From a virus, in the IMG/VR virus record IMGVR_UViG_3300027744_000013, positions 44,087 through 108,086 of that record: 64,000 nt of DNA; one strand, given 5' to 3'. Below are positions 56,834 to 64,000 of this stretch, one piece after another; positions within the stretch are counted from its first letter, which is position 1, and every line of letters begins with the position of its first letter. The notes under the pieces were generated by a model that was given only the letters and a program-made list of their open reading frames with translations, made no database searches and was not told the origin of the DNA. The translations under genes and the position numbers were made by a program.

Positions 56834-57202
56834 ATGACAAGATTAACAGGTATTGTAACTAAAGGTTGGGGCAGTGAAGAGATTTGGGCAACCAATGACA
56901 AATACTGTAGTAAGTTTATGCACTTCAATCAGGGTGCAAAGTTCAGTATGCACTTTCATAGTGTCAAAGAAGAAACTTGGCGGGTAATGAGTGGTAAGTT
57001 TATGCTTAGATTTATTCAAACTAGTGATGCAAAAATCTTTGAGTATGAAGGAATTGCCGGAGATGTATTCCATATTGCACCGTTACATCCTCATCAAATA
57101 GTTTGTTTAGAAGCCGGCACAATTCTGGAAGTGTCAACAGCAGACAGCGTAGAAGACAACTATCGAGTAATGCCCGGAGATAACCAACGTGAGCCAACCT
57201 AA
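56834..57202 (+). CDS. Cupin sugar-isomerase-like protein
   Basis: KGWG.E, SMHFH..KEETW, H, EVST; promoter TTGACC-17-TAAAAT at 56788. Confidence 0.78.
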   Translation: MTRLTGIVTKGWGSEEIWATNDKYCSKFMHFNQGAKFSMHFHSVKEETWRVMSGKFMLRFIQTSDAKIFEYEGIAGDVFHIAPLHPHQIVCLEAGTILEVSTADSVEDNYRVMPGDNQREPT

Positions 57203-57791
57203 TATTATCTGGACCGGTGGAGGTTCGGAGATTGGATCTAAATGTGTAGTTGGATTGGACCGTGACGGTGTTATCAACGAGGACCTTGGCACATACTGTT
57301 TTAAAGCTGATGCATTTAAACCCATTCCTGGTAGTATTGAAGCCATGGCTGAACTGCGCCGTAAGGGTTATAAGATTGCAATCATCACTGATCAAGGCGG
57401 CATTGAAAAAGGATTGTTTACAGAAGCAGACGTAGATGCAGTCCACGACTACATGTATGAACTGTTAGGACAAGCAGGATGCTTTACTATTGATGCATTG
57501 TACTACTCTGCTAGCAGTCGTAAAGATGATCCGTTTGCTAAACCCAACACGGGCATGTTCAAACGCTGTGAGAAAGAAAACAAAGCAATCAAGTTTAAAG
57601 AAGGTTACTATGTTGGCGACAAGATGAAAGATCTCAAAGCCGCAGTTCGTATGGGTGCTAAGCCTGTGTTAGTACGTACAGGATACGGTAAAGAAACAGA
57701 ACAAGAGCTAGGTCGTTATTCAAATAAAGAAATCAAACGGCGTGTAGTAATATTTGATAACCTAGCACAATTTGTAGAGTCACTAGAATGA
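57189..57791 (+). CDS. gmhB: D,D-heptose 1,7-bisphosphate phosphatase
   Basis: LDRDGVIN, TDQGGI, KP..GM, VGD...D..AA, LVRTGYG. Confidence 0.82.
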   Translation: MSQPNIIWTGGGSEIGSKCVVGLDRDGVINEDLGTYCFKADAFKPIPGSIEAMAELRRKGYKIAIITDQGGIEKGLFTEADVDAVHDYMYELLGQAGCFTIDALYYSASSRKDDPFAKPNTGMFKRCEKENKAIKFKEGYYVGDKMKDLKAAVRMGAKPVLVRTGYGKETEQELGRYSNKEIKRRVVIFDNLAQFVESLE

Positions 57792-58177
57792 AAGTATTCG
57801 TTAACGGAACATTTGATATACTGCACTTAGGGCATCTTGCATTGATTGCCTATGCTCGTAGTCTGGGTGATACTGTGTTAGTAGGCATTGACAGTGACGA
57901 TCGTGTACAATCACTTAAAGGTCCTAGTAGACCAATTAAGGGCGAGTTTGAACGTGCTTGCATACTGTCTGCACTAAAGGATGTAGAAGAAGTATGTATC
58001 TTTAATACAGATGAAGAGCTAATTGAATTAATAAAAGAATGCGATATAATGGTTAAAGGATCTGACTGGAAGGGTAAACCTATAGTCGGTGAAGAGCATT
58101 GTAAACGTATAGAATTTTTTGAGAGAATAAATGAATACTCGACCACTAACACAATTAAAGATATTACTAATCGGTGA
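57788..58177 (+). CDS. Heptose-1-phosphate adenylyltransferase (HldC/RfaE domain II)
   Basis: NGTFDILHLGH, SD..V..LKG.SRP, KGSDW, STT. Confidence 0.85.
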   Translation: MKVFVNGTFDILHLGHLALIAYARSLGDTVLVGIDSDDRVQSLKGPSRPIKGEFERACILSALKDVEEVCIFNTDEELIELIKECDIMVKGSDWKGKPIVGEEHCKRIEFFERINEYSTTNTIKDITNR

Positions 58178-58883
58178 TGATTGCGTAGACACTTATGTCT
58201 ACGGAACTGTTGATCGTATTAGTCCAGAAGCTCCCGTGCCGGTGTTTGAACCTAAGTATGAAATAGTCTTAGACGGCATGGCAGGCAATGTGCGTAAGAA
58301 TTTGGAAGCGTTAGGATGTGATGTAAAATTTTTACACGGCAGTACTAGTAAGAAGAAGCGTATAATTGATCAACGTAGTAAACAACAATTACTTCGCATA
58401 GACAATGACACAGCTAGCGATCCTATAACAATTGAAAGTGAATTGCCGGCATACGATGCCATTGTGATAAGTGACTATAACAAAGGCGCAGTTACTTACG
58501 AACTAGTTGAAGATCTACGCAGTAGATTCAAAGGCCCAATCTTTATTGACACAAAGAAAACAGACCTAGCTAGATTCAACGGATGTTATATAAAGATTAA
58601 CAAACTAGAGCATAAACGTGCTACAAGTTTACCCGACGACAGATGGCTAATTGTTACACATGGTAGTGATGGTGCAGTTTGGAACGGCTGGGTGTTCCCG
58701 GCAGAAGTAGTGGGCGATGTTACTGATGTCACTGGTGCTGGAGATACATTCCTTGCGGCATTTGCTTATGAGTATCTAATACAAGAATATGTACAAGCCG
58801 CAATTAAGTTTGCTATTAGAGCTAGCGGCATCACAGTACAGCATGTTGGAGTATATGCTCCACGGTTGGATCAACTACTATGA
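58131..58883 (+). CDS. Heptose-7-phosphate kinase (HldA/RfaE domain I, PfkB family)
   Basis: RISPEAPVPV, SDYNKG, DVTGAGDT. Confidence 0.88.
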   Translation: MNTRPLTQLKILLIGDDCVDTYVYGTVDRISPEAPVPVFEPKYEIVLDGMAGNVRKNLEALGCDVKFLHGSTSKKKRIIDQRSKQQLLRIDNDTASDPITIESELPAYDAIVISDYNKGAVTYELVEDLRSRFKGPIFIDTKKTDLARFNGCYIKINKLEHKRATSLPDDRWLIVTHGSDGAVWNGWVFPAEVVGDVTDVTGAGDTFLAAFAYEYLIQEYVQAAIKFAIRASGITVQHVGVYAPRLDQLL

Positions 58884-59722
58884 TTGTCTTAACAGGTGCA
58901 AATGGGTTTATTGGAAGCGTTGTACTTGGTTACTTAAACAAACAAGGCATAGATGATATTGCCCTAGTTGAAATAGAACCTATACCCAGCCGCTACTTAG
59001 AAGGTAAGAAGTATAGATCGTTTAATGGTAACATTACAGATCCAACATGCGTTATACATATTGGCGCAAACTCTAGCACACTTGAAACTAATCAAGAAAG
59101 CATTAACTTAACTAACATAAGTCCAACTCACCATTGGAATACTATTTGTAAAGAGAATAACATTCCGTTTATCTTTACCAGCACTGCGGCAGTATACGGC
59201 AACGGTACTGGGCCATTAAACTTGTATGCAAACAGTAAACAAACTAGCGAACAAGACATGGATGGAGTTATACTAAGACTGTTTAATGTGTATGGTCCTA
59301 ATGAATCACACAAAGGTCGTATGGCCAGTACTATCTATCATTGGTACAATCAACTGGTAGACACTAACACTATAAAGATATTTGAAAATAGCAACAACTA
59401 TTGCAGAGACTTTATTTGGGTAGAAGATGTTGCCAAGACTATCTATCATTTTGTTAACAACTATAAACCCGGAACTTATGATGTAGGCACTGGATCTAGT
59501 TATAGCTTTGAGTCTATTGCAGATCTTATTATAAGCAATCATAAGAACGGGCATAAAGAATATATCCCTATGCCCAAAGATTTAAAAGCTCAGTACCAAC
59601 TCAATACTCGTGCTGATGTTACTAACTTATACTCTGCCGGAGTAGATGTTGATAGCTTTCTAACTCCCGCAGATGGTATTGCAGAATATGTTAAGTACCT
59701 GTCTTCTCAAAGACTATTTTAA
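58880..59722 (+). CDS. hldD: ADP-L-glycero-D-manno-heptose 6-epimerase
   Basis: [46 protein letters not shown]. Confidence 0.85.
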   Translation: MIVLTGANGFIGSVVLGYLNKQGIDDIALVEIEPIPSRYLEGKKYRSFNGNITDPTCVIHIGANSSTLETNQESINLTNISPTHHWNTICKENNIPFIFTSTAAVYGNGTGPLNLYANSKQTSEQDMDGVILRLFNVYGPNESHKGRMASTIYHWYNQLVDTNTIKIFENSNNYCRDFIWVEDVAKTIYHFVNNYKPGTYDVGTGSSYSFESIADLIISNHKNGHKEYIPMPKDLKAQYQLNTRADVTNLYSAGVDVDSFLTPADGIAEYVKYLSSQRLF

Positions 59723-60896
59723 GTGCTTTAACTAGATCTTCAATCATTCCATCATCATGAAACGGAGTAGGCGCAAAACGTAATCGTTCAGTGCCTACAT
59801 CAACTGTAGGATAGTTAATTGCCTGCACATAGATGTTGTGATCGTTTAATAATGCATCACTCATTGCTTTGGCACGTTTAGCATCTCCTACTAGTACAGG
59901 AACGATATGTTCACTAGCACATGGCATAACAGTAATGCCGGCAACACCTAAACGATGCTTTAGTTTACGAGCACGTTCTTGATGCTTTTCACGCACTTCA
60001 TTATGATCCTTCAAATACTTGATAGCGGCCAATGCGCCAGCACAAGTAACAGGACTCATGCTTGTTGTAAAGATAAAACCAGCGGCAACACTACGAATAG
60101 CATCTGCTACAACAGCCTTACAAGCAATGTAACCGCCCTGGACTCCAAAGGCCTTTCCCAAGGTACCGTTGACTATGTCAACTTTGTCTTGTAGTCCCAA
60201 CTGCTCTAACTTGCCAGCACCTTTCTCACCATACAGGCCAACAGCATGTACTTCGTCAATGTAGGTAATGGCTTTGTACTTTTTAGCTAACTCACATATC
60301 TCTTTAATATGTCCACAATCACCGTCCATTGAGTATACTGATTCAAATACCACACACGGTACATTGCCCTGTGCAAAACTGATCTTGAGTTTCTGATCTA
60401 GATCTGCTAAGTCATTGTGTTTAAACACAACTTTCTTAGCCTTACTGTGTTGAATGCCTACAATGATACTGTTGTGATTGTTTTCATCGCTGATGTATTC
60501 AATGTTGGGAATAATTTTAGCCAGAGCAATCAAGGTCCACTCGTTGGCCACATAAGCTGAACTAAACAACAAGGCTTTTTCTTTCTTATGTAAAGTAGCT
60601 AACTCGTGCTCTAGCGCCACGTGATAGTGACTGGTACCACCAATGTTTCGTGTGCCGCCTGACCCGGCGCCAGTCATGTCTAATGCGGTGTGCATGGCAT
60701 CTAGTACTACCTTGCTTTGTCCCATGCCCAAGTAGTCGTTGCTACACCAGTTGGTTATGTTCTTAATGTTGTAAGGGCCATACCAAATAGCCTGTGGGAA
60801 CTTGCCATTTTCACGCAGAATATCGTTGAATACACGGTATTTGCCGTTTTCTTTAAGATCTGTAATTAGTTTTTCGAATGGTTCGATGTTTATCAT
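59691..60896 (-). CDS. hemA: 5-aminolevulinate synthase (Shemin pathway, PLP-dependent)
   Basis: [58 protein letters not shown]. Confidence 0.93.
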   Translation of the reverse strand: MINIEPFEKLITDLKENGKYRVFNDILRENGKFPQAIWYGPYNIKNITNWCSNDYLGMGQSKVVLDAMHTALDMTGAGSGGTRNIGGTSHYHVALEHELATLHKKEKALLFSSAYVANEWTLIALAKIIPNIEYISDENNHNSIIVGIQHSKAKKVVFKHNDLADLDQKLKISFAQGNVPCVVFESVYSMDGDCGHIKEICELAKKYKAITYIDEVHAVGLYGEKGAGKLEQLGLQDKVDIVNGTLGKAFGVQGGYIACKAVVADAIRSVAAGFIFTTSMSPVTCAGALAAIKYLKDHNEVREKHQERARKLKHRLGVAGITVMPCASEHIVPVLVGDAKRAKAMSDALLNDHNIYVQAINYPTVDVGTERLRFAPTPFHDDGMIEDLVKALKIVFEKTGT

Positions 60897-60939
60897 AGTA
60901 ACGTATTTATAGCATAAATATTGTTAGAGGATACAAATA

Positions 60940-62148
60940 ATGGCCCTAAACGGAATATCAACACTGACAATACCAACTGGCTTAACAGCAACCAGTTTTA
61001 ACGGGGGCGGCGCCAGCAGTTATCTAGTGGCAGTGGGCACGTTCAACTATGACGCATACGGAGTAGGAACCCTAGCCACTAGAAAAGACAGTGGCACCTT
61101 AGACACTTACATGGCACAGGTAATTGCCCTGGGTGCTGGTGCTAGGAACTGGACTTTTGTGCCAGCCAACGGCCAACCCAGTTTTACAAGATCAATGAAC
61201 CAACCTGATGGCACAGGTGAATCCAATGATCCTAGTGAGTCTGGTGTTGACATTTGGACTATCACCACAGCAAATTCACTAGCCCTTGCAGGCAGTGGTG
61301 CTGGTGAACTTAATACATCGTTAATTCCCAACGGCACATCATTTGTCATATACGCAACTGAGTTAGGTGGCGGCGGCGGAGCAGACAAAGAGGCTAGGCA
61401 GATTGCTAAACTTGACATAGCTGAAGCTAAACGTCAGGGCAAGGTAGTTGCTAGAGATGGCACCATTACTGGTAGTTTAGATGCTACCAAACCGTACTAT
61501 CGTGCTAAAAATACTTACGATCTTGCATTTTTGCCAACACAATATGATGGTACCGATATTGTTGACAACGCCAACACCAGCGGATTATTACAAGGTCGTC
61601 CTTGGTACGATCCAAACACCGAAGCAACATACAACGGTGAAGTTATTGAAGTAAGCCCAGGTATATGGCGTACTAACTATGAAGGTTATCATTATGAAAG
61701 TGCTAACTTCTTTGATACTGCTGCCTTAAAGGCTGCTCCTAATAACTTTGACGCTGCTGACAATGACATCAACGAACCAGACCTACCCAACTCCACTAGT
61801 ATGATGCTGAAAGGTTACTTACGAGTAACATACACTGGCAACTACACAATATATTTGAGTTGTGATGACGGTGCTTACTTGTGGTTTGGCGACAATGCTA
61901 TTACCAACTGGCGAAGCGGTGATACATTAACTAACGTGATTATATCAAACGGCGGTCTACACGGCGAGAGTGAAGTGTCAACTACAGTCGCTCTAACAGC
62001 AGGCACATACATTCCCTTGCGTGTGATGTTTGGTAATGGTCCAGACGGTCCAGGAGTGCTAACTGTCAGTTATGAGTATCCAGGACAGGCCAAGACATCA
62101 GACTTTACTGGTAAAATCTTTTACAGAACTTCCACTAACGGCTTCTAA
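60940..62148 (+). CDS. Virion protein with C-terminal PA14-like domain
   Basis: GY....TGNYT..LSCDDG..LW, GGLHG, LTAG.Y.PLR; late promoter. Confidence 0.7.
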   Translation: MALNGISTLTIPTGLTATSFNGGGASSYLVAVGTFNYDAYGVGTLATRKDSGTLDTYMAQVIALGAGARNWTFVPANGQPSFTRSMNQPDGTGESNDPSESGVDIWTITTANSLALAGSGAGELNTSLIPNGTSFVIYATELGGGGGADKEARQIAKLDIAEAKRQGKVVARDGTITGSLDATKPYYRAKNTYDLAFLPTQYDGTDIVDNANTSGLLQGRPWYDPNTEATYNGEVIEVSPGIWRTNYEGYHYESANFFDTAALKAAPNNFDAADNDINEPDLPNSTSMMLKGYLRVTYTGNYTIYLSCDDGAYLWFGDNAITNWRSGDTLTNVIISNGGLHGESEVSTTVALTAGTYIPLRVMFGNGPDGPGVLTVSYEYPGQAKTSDFTGKIFYRTSTNGF

Positions 62149-62159
62149 TAAGTACATAT

Positions 62160-62570
62160 ATGAAGATTAAAGAACTCCTAACTGAAAGTCTAAACAAGAA
62201 GGATACCTATCCAATCCTATTGGACTTTATCCGTTTTGCCGCCAAAGACTTAGAGCTAACCAGCTTGCCTAAGTTTGACTTTGTGTTTGATAACAAAGAG
62301 TCTATGGAACGTAGAAGCTTTGGTGGATATGCTCCGGGCGACGAACATATTACTATCACAGTAAAGAATCGTCACATCATGGATGTATGCCGTACATTAG
62401 CACATGAACTTGTACACTACAAGCAAGACTTAGACAATGAGCTAGAAGATGATGAAGCAGGATCTACAGGATCACCACAAGAAAATGAAGCCAATGCCCG
62501 AGCGGCAGTAATCATGCGCAACTGGGGTAAAGCACATCCATCGTACTTTGGACAAGAAAGCGTTGCATGA
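62160..62570 (+). CDS. Zincin-like metallopeptidase with CTS-like N-terminus
   Basis: TLAHELVHYKQ, E.EANA; MKIKELLTE. Confidence 0.75.
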   Translation: MKIKELLTESLNKKDTYPILLDFIRFAAKDLELTSLPKFDFVFDNKESMERRSFGGYAPGDEHITITVKNRHIMDVCRTLAHELVHYKQDLDNELEDDEAGSTGSPQENEANARAAVIMRNWGKAHPSYFGQESVA

Positions 62571-62920
62571 GCTGGGGTTACCACTTAATATTAGATTGTA
62601 GCGATTGCAATCTAGAATCTATTACTGATAGAACAACTATTAATAATTTTGTTGTTACATTAATTGAACGAATTAATATGACAGCATATGGTAGTCCACA
62701 AATAGAACTCATGCTGGTTGGTACTGACAACGAAGGCTATAGTCTACTGCAAATGATAACAACTAGCAATATAACAGCACACTTTGTTAATTCAACAAAG
62801 GCCGCTTATATCGATGTGTTTAGTTGTAAGGATTTTGATACAAGCCAAGCAATACATACTGTAGAAGAATTCTTTAGTCCTACAAGTATAAAATCAAACC
62901 TAATATATAGACAAGCATAA
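62567..62920 (+). CDS. speD: S-adenosylmethionine decarboxylase proenzyme
   Basis: GYHLILD..C, ITTSNITAH, YIDVFSCK.FD. Confidence 0.8.
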   Translation: MSWGYHLILDCSDCNLESITDRTTINNFVVTLIERINMTAYGSPQIELMLVGTDNEGYSLLQMITTSNITAHFVNSTKAAYIDVFSCKDFDTSQAIHTVEEFFSPTSIKSNLIYRQA

Positions 62921-62943
62921 AAAAGGACTCCGAAGAGTCCTTT
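62919..62943. terminator. Bidirectional terminator between convergent genes
   Basis: AAAGGACTC-CGAA-GAGTCCTTT. Confidence 0.75.
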
Positions 62944-62979
62944 AGTGTTTTTATAGTATCAACCTACTAAAAGCTATGC

Positions 62980-63249
62980 TTACTTCTTTGTGCCCGTATT
63001 AACGAACCCATAGAACTTTTCAGCCGCTTCCATGATCTTGTCTAAGCCTGGAAACTCTGGCATATCTACTCTGGTAACAACTTGACCAGTCTTTTCGTCT
63101 TTGGCCACTGACATTTCCCAACCGCGGAACTTTGAGTGGTATTCTTCCATAACAGCGTCTTTGGCCATGGACAGCACGTCTGTGCGGATCTCGTAACCGT
63201 TCTTGCTGAATTTAACTTCTGGTAGTTTTGGTGTTTCGAATTGTGACAT
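62980..63249 (-). CDS. Hypothetical protein
   Basis: SD AGGAG; overlapping sigma70 (TTTACA-17-TATAAT) and TAAATA promoters; leader hairpin at 63279-63296. Confidence 0.7.
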   Translation of the reverse strand: MSQFETPKLPEVKFSKNGYEIRTDVLSMAKDAVMEEYHSKFRGWEMSVAKDEKTGQVVTRVDMPEFPGLDKIMEAAEKFYGFVNTGTKK

Positions 63250-63347
63250 AATAATCTCCTGTGTGTAATGTCTGTATTGACAGCAACTTTGCTGTCCATG
63301 TATTTATTATACAGTATACATAACTGTGTGTAAAGCTGAATGACTTA

Positions 63348-63920
63348 TTAGCGAAACTTGTTTACTCTTTCTTCCACAAGTTTAACAACTGCATCACTCA
63401 GCACAACTTCATAGTGGTTACAGTCCACTTCCACCAGTTCCATGTCCCCATGATGCCGTTGACTGGCAATAGTTACCACACCATCGTTGGGCCCATGCAT
63501 GAACGGACTTTGTCCTTTCACAGTAACAATGTTTGTCCACGGATGCTGTATCTTGATACGGTTGGCCTGCTTCATTACCCACGAACTGGGTCCAATGTCA
63601 CGCATCAGTCTGCTGAATGGTAAAAAGTATTGAGCATAGTCCGCTACTTCAGCACCACCATATGGTGTGCTCAATGTAACAGCACCCTTAACGGACTCGG
63701 GCATTGAGTTGGCCAAATGCAATGCGTATATACCGCCCAAGCTGTGTGCAACAAACACTAGGTTCTTATAGTTTTGCAACGTTGACTGCATGTCTTTTAG
63801 ATTGTTTTCAAACCCATTTCGACTGTCATAATTAAGGTCTAAGCCCGTGCCCAGTTTACTTTTAATATAGTTGAAGCTTTCGCTTGTGGCATTTGCTCCA
63901 TGAATGTACACCAAGTTCAT
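63348..63920 (-). CDS. Alpha/beta hydrolase
   Basis: IHG, AHSLGG, STPYGG, NDGVV, NH; TAAATA-5-ATG. Confidence 0.85.
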   Translation of the reverse strand: MNLVYIHGANATSESFNYIKSKLGTGLDLNYDSRNGFENNLKDMQSTLQNYKNLVFVAHSLGGIYALHLANSMPESVKGAVTLSTPYGGAEVADYAQYFLPFSRLMRDIGPSSWVMKQANRIKIQHPWTNIVTVKGQSPFMHGPNDGVVTIASQRHHGDMELVEVDCNHYEVVLSDAVVKLVEERVNKFR

Positions 63921-64000
63921 GCCAATATTTATCAGGTGTTGTACAGCGTCAAGCCATAGTGATGGCAATGAAAGCCAACATAAACATCAATACTGCTCCC

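Noticed and set aside
133-63623. Numerous antisense or overlapping ORFs in the track (e.g. 635-1063, 2379-2810, 22891-23478, 53977-54507)
   Set aside because: They are shadows of well-supported genes on the other strand and lack RBS or promoter.

Overview
This is a 64-kb segment of a large T4-like tailed dsDNA phage genome using the standard genetic code, probably infecting a Gram-negative proteobacterium. From 0-20 kb it carries the terminase C-terminus, head-associated proteins and a replication/recombination operon (gp32-like SSB, UvsX, UvsY, UvsW, a 192-aa mini DnaE core, primase, carbamoyltransferase half, gp41-like helicase). From 22.4-34.7 kb lies a minus-strand early/host-takeover array: about 40 small genes and 2 tRNAs driven by 22 near-consensus sigma70 promoters, all with 17-bp spacers, 12 of them sharing the ribosome-binding site GGAGCGAA. 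A repeat-rich, mostly non-coding divergence zone follows at 34.7-36.4 kb. From 37-64 kb are accessory genes, putative capsid-packaged enzymes with T4 CTS-like N-termini, an ADP-heptose operon, ALA synthase and SAM decarboxylase. Three candidates for new biology stand out. (1) A structured terminator-ended RNA at 22.39-22.57 kb displays two loops exactly antisense to the shared early RBS, a candidate regulon-wide anti-Shine-Dalgarno sRNA. (2) A 911-nt coding stretch has no TC or CC dinucleotide on the sense strand. (3) A promoter-driven, highly nested ~300-nt ncRNA lies at 29.2-29.5 kb. All calls come from motif reading by eye; no database searches or folding programs were run.
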